Assembly (NCBI GenBank): GCA_950097015.1
Contig: CATNEN010000039.1
Span: 7,006,001-7,070,000 of the forward strand
DNA length: 64,000 nt
DNA from: Macrostomum hystrix
Taxonomy: Eukaryota > Animalia > Platyhelminthes
Direction: 5' to 3'
In this document: piece by piece, positions 13,101 to 23,464 of the stretch
How positions within the stretch are numbered: the first letter of the stretch is position 1
Layout of the letters: each line of letters opens with the position of its first letter
The notes under the pieces: model-generated
What the model was told of the DNA's origin: nothing
Database searches by the model: none
The model's input: only the letters and a program-made list of their open reading frames with translations
Made by a program: the position numbers and the translations under genes

Positions 13101-16100
13101 CCATCCACCGCGGAGCGCGGGATCAACGACCGAAGACATTTCATAGCGCCGTGAGTGAGAAAAAAGGGCAGTCGAAAAGTTGCATGGTGTGCCAAGGTGA
13201 CCACGAGTTGTGGTCCTGCAGCGAGTTCAAGAAGCTTCCGGTGAACAAGCGCTGGGAGGCTGCGCAGCGCTCGAAGGCCTGCTTCAGGTGCTTAGGCCAA
13301 GGCCATGTGAGCAGTAAGTGCAGGCGCAGCCGACAATGCGGCATCGACAACTGCTCGAAATTCCATCATCGCTTGCTGCACGCTGACAAACACCAAGCCA
13401 CCATCGATCTCGTCGAGCCTAGCCAAGCCAAGCGAAACCAAGCCAAGCCGTCAGACGCCAAGCCGGGCGAGGTCGCCGGGTCGAACAGTTCGAAACAAGC
13501 CGGTTCCGTGACGCTGCTGTCGGCCAGCAAGAGCGACGTCTCACTTCGAACAGTGCCAGTAGTCCTGAGACACGGGGCGCGGAAGCTGGAGGTGAACGCG
13601 CTGCTGGATGACGCCAGCACTAGGAGCTACATCAACGTCGGGATCGCGCAAGCGCTAGGACTGCAGGGAGCTCTCGAGAAGGTCGAGGTAGGCGTGATCA
13701 ACGGTCAATCGGAGACGTTCATGACAGCCCCGATCAGCTTCACCGTGGAAAGCATGGACGGTCGTGCATCCACTGAGCTCACCGCCTTCACTGCAGATCA
13801 CGTGACGGGATCCCTCAAAGGCGTCAACTGGCGCGAGCTGGGGCAGTGGTGGCCGCATCTCCGGGACGTGCCGTTTCCCAAGCTCTGTGAACCAGCTGTC
13901 GTGGACCTGCTGATCGGAGCGGATTACCCGGATTTTCACGTGTCACTCGAAGAGGTTGTCGGACAGCCATGGGAGCCGAAAGCTCGCCTCACACCGCTGG
14001 GGTGGACGTGCATCGGTCGCACAGAGCAGACGTTAAGCTCAAAAAGGCAGAGCACCCATTTCGCCACCACGTTCTTCAGCTGCGAAACCGAGAGCAGTCA
14101 GGTGTCCAGCATCCTCAGACAGTTTTGGGAGATCGAGAACGTCGCGGATGAGAACAGCCGAAATCCATTGACGTCTGACGAGGAGAAAGCCATCAATCAA
14201 GCTAAGGCATCGTTGCAGTATAGTAATGGGCGCTACCAGATCGGGATTCCCTGGAAGGAAAAACGTCTGTGTCCGAAAGACACTTTTCCGATGGCCTTGA
14301 AGCGGTTGAAGAACACCGAACAGCGACTGATGAAGGACATGCAAATTCGCAGACAGTATCAAGCCGTGATCGACAAGTACGTGCAGCAAGGCTATGTCCG
14401 GAAGGTTGCGCAAGCTGAGAACGAAGAACGCTGTTTTCTGCCACATTTCCCGGTGCCGCGGCCGGATAAGGCGACAACAAAAGTGCGGATTGTGTTCGAC
14501 GCGTCAGCTGCCGCATTGAATGACCAGATCCTCCAGGGTCCCAAGCTGCAGCGCGACCTGGTGGAAGTTCTGCTTCGGTTCCGTCGATTTCCCATCGCGA
14601 TCGCATGCGATGTCGCGGAGATGTACCTGCAAATCGAGATGGAGCCCAAGGACAGGCCGCTGCACAGTTTCCTGTGGCGGGATGCCGACGCTTCCAGGCC
14701 GCCGGATGTCTACGAGTTCAATCGAGTAGTGTTCGGAGTCACGAGCTCGCCGTTCTTAGCACAATTCGTCATCCGCTCTCATGCCGAGAAACTGAAAAGC
14801 GAGCTACCGGAGGCGGCAGAGACAGTGTTGCACTCAACATACATGGACGACAGTCTCGACTCAGCACCCAACGAGGCCGCTGCCTGCCGGTTGTACGAGC
14901 AGCTCAGAGAGTTATGGAGACGCGCCGGCATGCATGCGCGCAAGTGGGTGTCGAATTCAAGAGCTGTGCTCAAGCAAGTGCCGCCGGACGATCGAGCAGC
15001 TGAGGTGACCTTAGACAGCAGAGAACTCCCGAGCACCAAGACATTAGGTGTCACTTGGCAGAGTGAGCAAGACGAATTCACGTTTAAGCAAGAATTAGAT
15101 GCGTGTCAGGTGACCACCAAGAGAAGTCTGTTGAAGAAGCTGGCGAGCGTCTTTGATCCGCTTGGTTTGATTTCTCCATTTTTTGTGCAAGCAAAAATGT
15201 TGATGCAGGAGCTGTGGCAGTGTGGTCTTGATTGGGACGAAACGCTGAATGCGGACCTCTTAGCGAGAGTGAGCGATTGGTGCAGAGACCTGAAACACCT
15301 GAGTGAGATCCGACTACCGAGGGCGCTGGAGGAGGCAGAGGCAAAAAATGGCAGTCTGCACGTGTTTGTGGATGCGTCGGAGAAAGCGTACGGAGCTGTG
15401 CGCGAACTTCAGGAACTGGTCAACGCGTTGGACACCAAGAAGCTGCAGCAACAGACAGCCTACCAGCAGATGCGATGGCACTTCAATCCTCCCGCTGCTC
15501 CGCACTTCGGCGGCGTGCATGAAATAATGATAAAGGCGGCAAAGAAGGCTATTTGGAATACGTTGAAGGAGGCGGACGTCACGGACGAGGAGCTGCTGAG
15601 TGCCGTTGCTGGAGCGGAAGCGCTGTTAAATTCGAGACCACTGACCTACCAATCGGCCCATCCGAGCGACGACGTTCCGCTGACTCCAAACCACTTCCTC
15701 ATCGGTCAAGGCGGTGGGCAGTTTGCTCCGGAGGTGGACGTGGACATCGCGCGCAGCCCTTCAAAAAGATGGCGACATGTTCAGCAGCTAGTGGCGCAGG
15801 TCTGGCGGCGGTGGTTGCGCGAGTGGCTGCCGGGACTCGCGCCGCGCAGCAAGTGGCGCCGAGAGCTTCCTGATCTACAGCCCGGAGACGTGGCGCTGCT
15901 CGTGAGTCCGGACTCGCCTCGAGGTCATTGGCCGCTGGCCCGCGTGTTGGAGGTGACTCGCGGCCCCGACGGTCACGTGAGAGTCGCCACGATCAGAGTC
16001 GGTGACCGCACAATGACGCGACCAATAACTAAGTTGTGCCCGATTTCAGCTGGCTGAAGTTTTTTTTGTTTGAACTGGAGTGTTAAAATCGTTGGACTGT

Positions 16101-19001
16101 CAGTTGAGTGCGAGATTGCAGACTATTTGAGTCGTATTATTTTTTGGTTATTGTTCCGTACTTTGTTTTGTTTTTATGCTGCGGTGTTGTTTCTCATTAG
16201 AGCGTTGCAATATCGGTGTAGGGTTTATTTTGTCATGCATATTTAAGTAAGGTAGCGTTAAAATGCGTTTTCTAAATCGTTTTTTTGCTTTGGTCAGTTT
16301 TTTTTCTGTTTCGAATTTTTCGTTTGCAAATTTAGAGTAGGAGCGCATCATACGAGTACATGTAAGCTGATTTATATGCTTGAACGTATCGTTGCGTAAG
16401 TTTTTTGTTTCAGGTGTGTCGCGTACTGGCTGGTTTAGAGTTGAGCATTGTTTATTACGAGGTTGGAGTAGACTTGAGATTTAATTAAAATCCATCATTT
16501 CATTTAAGTGTCGTTTCTTTGTTGTTTTTTTCAAGGTAACAAAGGTTGTGAACTTGTGACTATTTGGTGACGGTATTTCATTTGTTTGCGCTAGTTTTTC
16601 AGTTGAAGTAAATCGCGTTATAAATATTTATTTAAGAATTTTTTGATCCATATTGATTATAATCCTTTGTTCCGCGTTCCACACGCACGCATGTTCGTAC
16701 TCTAAGTATTTGTGCCGGTAGGTGTTAGCATTGCTTGTCGTTAGGTTTAGTCCGTGCAGGTTGCTGTTGATTCGACATTCGTTCAATTTTTGTTTGTCAT
16801 CGAATAGCTTTTTTTGTCATTGTCATGTCAAGGTGGGGGGAATGTTCGGGAGGCAGGTGGTATGATTGGTCGCTGACTCGCTGTATGCTTATTTAAATCT
16901 ACCTTATTTACAATTACTGTACGCCCGCTTCCACTCTGCGCACTCACCTTGTTTCTCTAACCCTCGTTCGCATTGTGCAGTGGCATCGTCCACCCACCCC
17001 CTCCGTTTTAGCCTATTTGCACTGAATTATATAATAAACGTGTGGAGGCTCCCCCCTCCGGTTCAACTGGTTGGTTAGCGCGATTTGCCTACCGTTTTGA
17101 GCACAGCATAATTGGCTACTAGCTATCGGCCTTTTTTGGATTGCTCTAGTACAGCAGTTTCGGCACCCATCGAGAGACCAGCTTAGACAGACCAAGATGT
17201 TCGGGCAGAATTTGAGAGACCGAGCCACGTGAAATCTCGGCGGCATTGGCCAACTCATCAATGGTGATGTGGCCGTTTTCACGGACCAGCTCTTGGATCA
17301 GGATGGCAGTGCTGTCGTTAACAGCAGTAGCTGGTCGGCCTGAGCACGGCTTGTCCTGCACGCTTGTTTCGCCGTCCTTTCTCTTCCGGACCCAGTTCGC
17401 GATGGTTGCTCGACAGCAGACATCGTCTCCAAAGCGACTGAGCAATCTCTGGTGGATATTGCTCACGGACATGCCTTCGTCAGCAAAGGCAAAAACGATC
17501 AGGCGCTGAGAAATTTTATCTCCATATGCGCTAGCCATTCTCAAATCAAAGTGATCTCAATACTTTGTCTCAAACGTCTGACGTTGTTTCTGCGCACTCA
17601 GACTTGTGCTGCCTACTGCTTTTTCATTTTTCGCTCTTTATAATCTATGGCTAAACCCTCACAGCTCGCAATTAATGATTAATTAGCGAAAGATTTAAAA
17701 TTAACCACCCGATATTTTGTTGACCCATTTTAAAAGACCGGATGCGACATCCCACTTGGTATCCCGATTCGATGCTCTTAAAAAATCGTATTGCTAATTT
17801 CGTTGGTTCTTTAGTAAATGATCGAAAACTTTTTTTCTGTCCACCCGACTAATTTAAAACTTTAGCGCTGAATTTATTACATATTAATTTATGACTGTGT
17901 TTTTTTCATCAAAATCGGTCGATCACATGCACAGATATTAGGGGTGTCTAAGAACTTTTTGGACGCACTAAGATATTTTCACATTTAAAACAAATTTCTT
18001 CTAAAGAAACCAAACGTAAAGCAATTTTATGACTCGCTTGTATGTATGCACGCCCACAATTCTGTATGTGGCCTCGCTTATAGTCCATGTGGTTAGTGCA
18101 GCTTCGGACTTGGATCGACAGGTCGGGATTTCGATTCTGACCAAGCCAAGGGCAAAGATTCGAGTCCTTAAGCAAGACGATTGACGACGATCCCCGTTGC
18201 TTCAGTATACCTAGCGGGGAAATAGGTACCATTATTAGCTGGGGTAGATTTCGGTTGGCGGCCACAGCAGTGCATGGACTAAAACAGCTGTAAACGACCA
18301 TTAGAAGCGCTGTGCTGTGGCACTGGCTGGACATCTCGCCCAGCTGTGTCAATTCCCGTTAAAAACAATGAAAAATACCAAAATGCGAAAACAAAATCGT
18401 TCTCTTATTCTCGCCACTGCAGGTTGACAGTCGCCGGCTTGTAAAAGCAATGACCTACGCTTTGGCTAATCAGCTGTTTCTGGGGCTACCATTCACCATT
18501 TTGCTGTACCAACTGAAGCCGCTTTCTCCGGAGCTTCTGTTCGCGCCGCCCAGCCTGAGCCGCCTGCCGTTTGAGCTGGCGGGCTGCTCGCTGGTCACGG
18601 AGGTGCTGTTCTATTACTCGCACCGCCTGCTGCACACCCCGCAGCTCTACAAGCGGCTGCACAAGCTGCATCACGAATGGCAGGCCCCCGTGGCCGTGGT
18701 GGCCATGTACGCGCACCCCGTGGAGTTCCTTATGTCTAATTTAATCCCGGTTGTTGCGGGCCCTCTGCTGTTGAACTGTTGCTTAGCAACCGAGTGCATC
18801 TGGCTGGCAATAAGTGTGGCTACGACAGTGATTCACCACTCTGGCTATCGGCTGCCGCTGCTGCCGTCACCGGATTTTCACGACTATCACCACTTGAAGT
18901 TTGTGGGAAACTATGGAGTTTTGGGGCTTTTAGATCGACTGCACGGCACTGACTCTGCCTTCAGGGCTCGCGTTGTTAGAAGGATCAGCTCCGCCGACTA
19001 A
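10112..19001 (+). CDS. FAXDC2: Fatty acid hydroxylase / sterol desaturase family protein, FAXDC2-like (exons 10112-10285 and 18423-19001)
   Basis: Exon 1 ends [10 protein letters not shown]|GTGAG and exon 2 starts CAG|[10 protein letters not shown] in phase 0. His boxes [18 protein letters not shown] and FHDYHH; GNYG...LDRLHGTD. An additional upstream exon cannot be excluded. Confidence 0.88.
11613..11923 (+). repeat. 5' LTR
   Basis: TGTTCGGGAG...CTAGTACA; appears identical to the 3' LTR by eye. Confidence 0.97.
11930..11947 (+). promoter_or_regulatory. Primer binding site, initiator tRNA-Met type
   Basis: TGGTAGCAGAGCGTGGTT, 6 nt after the LTR, complementary to the 3' end of tRNAi-Met (...CUCUGCUACCA). 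Confidence 0.85.
12008..16057 (+). CDS. BEL/Pao gag-pol polyprotein with an in-frame RNase H/integrase deletion
   Basis: DUF1759-like gag (IPTFSGD...W..F), three zinc knuckles, protease LLDDAS, RT ([19 protein letters not shown]), start of RNase [12 protein letters not shown], then directly the integrase tail [36 protein letters not shown]. First ATG is 12008. Confidence 0.95.
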   Translation: MEHDNAIPPQQDEQEDDRALHLEKLRFEKSRRKATLTRCKSKLSWLLQKRASDDEVQEACDNLSDLQEQVSTIQEQLYEGYVSTKDDERRQRLLDEMEEMERDYQAAIQRVESARGRQAQREQEAPPAARANAEDAAANQDEAVGELDRLSVSAASSKASHPKEISKDLWKMLKRVEIPTFSGDKQSYENWKAAFVACIDSAPATPEFKLLQLRQYLQGEALKVIEHLGHSATAYEAAKERLDREFGGKRRQLALHLEELDNFPAVRYGNTKDLKSFANLLDIAVINLEEAGKDTELQDGMLYVRLQKKLPEQMVSHYRRWIFEQRKQESVRNLRMWVLQEAEFQTEALEIVQGVATPHLESQKSIHRGARDQRPKTFHSAVSEKKGQSKSCMVCQGDHELWSCSEFKKLPVNKRWEAAQRSKACFRCLGQGHVSSKCRRSRQCGIDNCSKFHHRLLHADKHQATIDLVEPSQAKRNQAKPSDAKPGEVAGSNSSKQAGSVTLLSASKSDVSLRTVPVVLRHGARKLEVNALLDDASTRSYINVGIAQALGLQGALEKVEVGVINGQSETFMTAPISFTVESMDGRASTELTAFTADHVTGSLKGVNWRELGQWWPHLRDVPFPKLCEPAVVDLLIGADYPDFHVSLEEVVGQPWEPKARLTPLGWTCIGRTEQTLSSKRQSTHFATTFFSCETESSQVSSILRQFWEIENVADENSRNPLTSDEEKAINQAKASLQYSNGRYQIGIPWKEKRLCPKDTFPMALKRLKNTEQRLMKDMQIRRQYQAVIDKYVQQGYVRKVAQAENEERCFLPHFPVPRPDKATTKVRIVFDASAAALNDQILQGPKLQRDLVEVLLRFRRFPIAIACDVAEMYLQIEMEPKDRPLHSFLWRDADASRPPDVYEFNRVVFGVTSSPFLAQFVIRSHAEKLKSELPEAAETVLHSTYMDDSLDSAPNEAAACRLYEQLRELWRRAGMHARKWVSNSRAVLKQVPPDDRAAEVTLDSRELPSTKTLGVTWQSEQDEFTFKQELDACQVTTKRSLLKKLASVFDPLGLISPFFVQAKMLMQELWQCGLDWDETLNADLLARVSDWCRDLKHLSEIRLPRALEEAEAKNGSLHVFVDASEKAYGAVRELQELVNALDTKKLQQQTAYQQMRWHFNPPAAPHFGGVHEIMIKAAKKAIWNTLKEADVTDEELLSAVAGAEALLNSRPLTYQSAHPSDDVPLTPNHFLIGQGGGQFAPEVDVDIARSPSKRWRHVQQLVAQVWRRWLREWLPGLAPRSKWRRELPDLQPGDVALLVSPDSPRGHWPLARVLEVTRGPDGHVRVATIRVGDRTMTRPITKLCPISAG
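16843..17153 (+). repeat. 3' LTR, preceded by polypurine tract AAGGTGGGGGGAA (16830-16842)
   Basis: Direct repeat of 11613-11923. Confidence 0.97.
18068..18365 (+). mobile_element. Diverged copy or subfamily of the tRNA/CORE SINE
   Basis: GTGGTTAG A-box remnant, TTCGATTC, GTCCTTAAGCAAGAC, TTGCTTCAGT, GGTACCA, CATGGACTAAAACAGCTGTA, colinear with the 61576 copy. Confidence 0.7.
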
Positions 19002-20433
19002 GGGCTCCGCGGACAAATAAATTTAAATTTAAATTTCAAATAACTTGAATAAATATGACAGTTTTTTCCCTTTCCTGGTCTGTTTTTGTTCGTTTTTAGC
19101 GGACAAAGCTAAAAAGCGGAGAAGGGGATGCAAGACGGTCATATTTGTCCTATTGTTTGCTTGTGGGCATAAAAAGGACAGAAATTTATGCATTCAATAG
19201 ATGAGGGAAAAACCGGACATACAAACGGTCAAAAAACGTGTTTATTTTCCCCTCGTGCTATATTCAAAGCGTGAGACTAGCAATCAATTCTGTATCTTAA
19301 GGGGTGAGGCCAGCAATCCATACGTAAGAATACCAAAACTTTTGCATGCACCTGGCATAGAGATTTTCAATTTGATTGTATTGAATTGGCAACATTCTAC
19401 AGTAGAGTTTGTGTCACAATTGAATGCACCTCCTTCAGAAATAAACTGTTTACATGCATCCAAATGCCACGCTGTTTGAATCAAAGGTTGAATAAAAGGT
19501 GGACAAAACTCATTGATCGACTTGTTTCCGGTCCGAATTGGGAATGACCGGCACACATCAAAGGTGTTCAACTTGTGTTTAGCGCGGGTCATTTTAAAAG
19601 CTAGGAATGCCTTAATTCGATGCTGCCAAGCGATCAAATCTTTAATCCAAGGGGCCTGGATTGCTTTTAAATACGGCCTCTCATGCTAGCAAATATATTT
19701 CACTTCTAAGCGACGATTTTGAGTAAAATATTTTAAGCGTTTTGATTTCAGCTTGAAAAAATAGTAAGTAAACCACTATTTTGTCATCAAACTGTTGTTC
19801 TTAAAGTCAATGGGTCCTCAAGGTGGGGAGGGATCTGTATCTGTATCTATCGCAAAAATGTCATTGAGTTCGAATCCACAGAAGACAGCTGCGAAGGTTG
19901 GTCTCATTAGCTATACGGATCGTGTACCTTGCTGTAGAGGAAAATTGAAAAAGTCCAGGGATTTGTGCATACGTTTATAGGGGTTGACCGGCACAGTGGT
20001 CTAACGCGTCTGCCTCTCGCACCAAGGTCCCTTCCAAATTCATTTCAAGACATTTCAAGACAAGCCATCAAGCCGCGTAGACAAGGCTTGATTGTTTGTC
20101 GTGTAATTAACCACAATGAGGGCCAATCCTTACGTTTCTGTGAGAGTGCACACTGCCTGACGATCAAAAAGTAATATACACCCCGAATGTGTGCCAGTGT
20201 CTATGTGAGCGTTCACATCCGTCTTGCAAATATTAATTTTATTCTTACTATGGTCAATGCACCTGGTGATTGAGCACATTTGTGAGCATTTTCCCACTAG
20301 CATTGTATTGAATCCGTGTGCTTGTGTGTGCTCATTGGTCAGCGTCTTGACTGTCGTAGTTTATGCGTCAAGAGGCCTTTGAAAAATATTATATAATTTA
20401 AGCGTAACATTCTCTTTTGACGTGTGCACTCAG

Positions 20434-22803
20434 ATGGCTACGCTGCTGAAGGCCCTACTGTTCATTCTGATAATCTGTGGCGTATCAGCCAGCTTTCAAA
20501 ACAACTCCACTGTAGCCGAAGACACCTCAGTGACCAGCGCGGACATCTGCCGCACACCGGAGTGCCTGGCTCTGTCTGCGCAGATCACGCAAAACATGAA
20601 CCTCTCGGCTGATCCGTGCGAAGACTTCAGCGCCTACGCCTGTGGAAATTATGAGCCCAGCACTTTGTACGACCCTGGCTCCGTGACGTGGTCAAAATAT
20701 TCCTACGAGCCATCCGTGATGGAGTCCGGCGTGAATACGGTCCGCAGACAGCTGTACAAGCGTGTGTTTGAGCTGCTCATGTATGCTCAGCGAAGCGTCA
20801 ACAGCTCGGATCCTGGCGTTAACCGGATGTACCGCCTCGCCAGGGACCTGTTCCGCAGCTGTAGCAGCTGGGTTTGGCAGCGCGGCCAGCAGTTCAAAGA
20901 TCCCCATAGCGGTCGCATCGCCTCTCAAAGCTTCTTCGATGGCGTTCTTGAGCACCTGTTAGATGATATCCGCAGCAATAACATCAACACGGATGGCAAC
21001 GGTACATTCGAATCGGTACTTTCTAGAATGGTTCGGCTTGCTGTTTGGCCTCTTGTTGAAGTTGCGCCGGTGATCGATCATACGTTTATTCTGCGCCCTA
21101 GGTCCCAGAAAGCCAATTTCAGTTCGTCTAATACAAACTCCAGTAGAGTTCGTCTGAGCCTTAGTCCGGATTATTATTCAAATGCGACGAATTACTCGGC
21201 CTTTACAAACTTCTTCTTGACGCTGCCGGCTGCATCAAGACTTGACCTTTCCAACTCTACGCTGTTTGCTGTCATCGTTCAGGAGCTAAAGACCAATATG
21301 ACAATAGAGGACGACTTATCCGAGGCAGAGCTGCGACAGAGGTGGCCAAACTGCAGCGTTGTTGTCGAGCTTCTGGGATCCAACAGTATGGACCTGACTA
21401 TCCGCCAGTTGGATGCTTTCAGCAGGTGCGCCGATCCACAGGATCCATTCTCGTGGACATTGTTCTTTGACGGTGTTCTCGACGGAAAGGTCAGTCAGGA
21501 CACGCCTATTCAAATCCGGTCGGGTCGGATGAAGACTCTTACCTACGCAGACGCTGTTATCCGCTTTGCATCGTACTTCAAGCGTCGTGCGCACAGAATG
21601 GGATCTGATGTTCGATTTTCTGCGCATTACTCTTTCCTCTTGGTAAACTGGATGCTTAGTTTTTATAAATATCTTCCGGCCGACTTGCGTATTCAGTGGC
21701 TGCGTCACCACAGGGAGCTTACCAGAGTGCCTGAGCTGGAAAATGACCCCATCGATTCTTGTATTTTATTGACAAAAGCGTTACTACCGCCAGTTGTTGA
21801 GCAAATGTACCAGAAAGCCTATCACGCTGAGTACTTTGGTAACGTACGCCGACTAGTTGAACTTATTCAGGATGCGACAATCCAGAATGTGCTGAGACAG
21901 GATTGGATCACACAGAGTGCTAAGGGCGCCATCTCTGAGAAGATAATGACAATGAAACAACAAATCGGATTCGACATCGTGTCGGCTGAGCAATTGAAAG
22001 CATTCTACGCGTCGACCATTCGCTCGCTGGAAGCGAGAGGAAAATCAAAAGCAAAATTTGGTACACTCTTCTCTCTCGCTTTGTGTGCCTCCGCCGGACA
22101 CCAGAACAATCTGCTGTCTGGCGAAACATCAGCGTCGTTTTTTCCTCGGTTTAGTGGGCTACTTGTGAACGCATTCAGCGAGAACCGCAAAAACCAGATA
22201 ATATTTCCGATGGGAATTCTCACGCCCTTCCTCTACCACAGGAGCTTTCCTGACTATGTGAATCTCGCCGGCATCGGCATTGTAATTGGTCACGAAATTG
22301 GACACGGCTTTGACGATGTTGGCCACGAGCTGAACAAGCAGGGCGTTCGTGGCCACTTCTGGGATAACATTACGGAGGCTGGCTACCTCGAGCGAATGGA
22401 GTGCGTGACAACTCGATACGGCAAGTATGAATTCTTACCTGGCCGACTGCATAAATCAAGAATGACCCGCGGAAACGACATCTCCGACCTGATGGGCATC
22501 CAGGCTGCGTTCAGAGCGCTGCAGCTTCAGAGACAGTCATCAGATCGCAGCCGCAAAGCCGTGCGACTTCCCAACCTGCCAGACAGCCTTACAACGGATC
22601 GACTGTTTTTCATTCACGCCGTACAGGCTTACTGCTCCAAAGTGGAGCCTGAGGTTTTGATGGATAAGTTTTTGTGGTCCAGGCACAGCCCTCCACATAT
22701 TCGGATTAGAGGCATGATTGAGAATAGCGAGGACTTTTCTAGAGTGTTTCAGTGCAAGCCGAAGCAGAGCATGAATCCGAACAAGAAATGCGTCTTCTGG
22801 TAG
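20434..22803 (+). CDS. M13 family (neprilysin/ECE-like) metallopeptidase, intronless, with signal peptide
   Basis: ICRTPEC, ADPCEDFSAYACG, VNAF, IFPMGIL, GHEIGHGFD, HSP...R, FQC...MNPNKKCVFW. Hydrophobic N-terminus MATLLKALLFILIICGVSA. Confidence 0.95.
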   Translation: MATLLKALLFILIICGVSASFQNNSTVAEDTSVTSADICRTPECLALSAQITQNMNLSADPCEDFSAYACGNYEPSTLYDPGSVTWSKYSYEPSVMESGVNTVRRQLYKRVFELLMYAQRSVNSSDPGVNRMYRLARDLFRSCSSWVWQRGQQFKDPHSGRIASQSFFDGVLEHLLDDIRSNNINTDGNGTFESVLSRMVRLAVWPLVEVAPVIDHTFILRPRSQKANFSSSNTNSSRVRLSLSPDYYSNATNYSAFTNFFLTLPAASRLDLSNSTLFAVIVQELKTNMTIEDDLSEAELRQRWPNCSVVVELLGSNSMDLTIRQLDAFSRCADPQDPFSWTLFFDGVLDGKVSQDTPIQIRSGRMKTLTYADAVIRFASYFKRRAHRMGSDVRFSAHYSFLLVNWMLSFYKYLPADLRIQWLRHHRELTRVPELENDPIDSCILLTKALLPPVVEQMYQKAYHAEYFGNVRRLVELIQDATIQNVLRQDWITQSAKGAISEKIMTMKQQIGFDIVSAEQLKAFYASTIRSLEARGKSKAKFGTLFSLALCASAGHQNNLLSGETSASFFPRFSGLLVNAFSENRKNQIIFPMGILTPFLYHRSFPDYVNLAGIGIVIGHEIGHGFDDVGHELNKQGVRGHFWDNITEAGYLERMECVTTRYGKYEFLPGRLHKSRMTRGNDISDLMGIQAAFRALQLQRQSSDRSRKAVRLPNLPDSLTTDRLFFIHAVQAYCSKVEPEVLMDKFLWSRHSPPHIRIRGMIENSEDFSRVFQCKPKQSMNPNKKCVFW

Positions 22804-23464
22804 CAGTGCGCAACCTGGGCGGAACCAATGACGACGTTCCTCTCTGCTCTGCGCCAATATAACTGACCTCTGTCTTCATATTTCGATATCGATTGATAGA
22901 CACATACAAATCCTACTTTAGTGTTGATTCACAGCTGCAAATGTAAGCAACCGTTATTTTGGGAGTTCAACCTAGCTATACTTCGTATATGGTTTCTAAA
23001 TGCTTAGCTGGCGAACATGCATAAAGCTGCGAGTACATGGACAGTAAGTTTAGTCTTACAATTATTCGAACTGAGTAGCTTTTGACGAATCAGATCAGTT
23101 AGCTTCGCATTATCCAAATGAGAAACGAAATTCGTTTCACTTGATTATAACTAAAAATCCGCACAATAAACCTATAAATATACGTTTATTATTATTATTA
23201 TTATTATTATTAACTATTATTAATCAAACGCGAACGCGATCAATCAGTGCTGATTATTATTTTTTGATTTTTGAAAATATTTTACTCGACAAAAAAGAAC
23301 ATAAAAGGCGAAGTTTTGTAAGAATTAACTATTGAGCTGGGAAGGAAAGAGCAAAAGGTGTTAAAAATAGGAGCAGCAAAAAACACAAGTGACGCCAGGA
23401 ATAAAAAATAAATGTATATCGGTAAATGTTAATAGCTTCAGGGCAGCTGTTCCTTTATTTTAGA

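Larger units (their letters stand above)
11613..17153 (+). mobile_element. BEL/Pao LTR retrotransposon with both LTRs and an internal deletion
   Basis: 311-bp TG...CA LTRs at 11613-11923 and 16843-17153. 5-bp TSD GCAGT at 11608-11612 and 17154-17158. PBS, PPT and a single gag-pol ORF are present. Confidence 0.97.
10907..17538 (-). pseudogene. Mariner transposase, split (17538-17154 and 11607-10907), with an in-frame stop at 11417-11419
   Basis: N-terminal HTH with SGRP; WVPKLL is cut at the insertion; then [14 protein letters not shown] and [10 protein letters not shown], with 34 residues between the second and third Asp. Confidence 0.93.
10661..17973 (-). mobile_element. Mariner (DD34D) DNA transposon with ~190-bp TIRs, interrupted by an LTR retrotransposon
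   Basis: Inverted repeats 10661-~10847 and ~17781-17973, each flanked by TA. Transposase halves lie on both sides of the insertion. Confidence 0.92.

Noticed and set aside
13603-13620. BEL protease motif LLDDAS instead of D(S/T)G as evidence of inactivation
   Set aside because: The catalytic Asp is retained and BEL proteases vary at these positions. Cannot be judged without the family consensus.
12146-15873. Many short overlapping or antisense ORFs inside the BEL gag-pol, and likewise inside the KCMF1, neprilysin and scramblase genes
   Set aside because: Shadow ORFs of GC-rich coding sequence.
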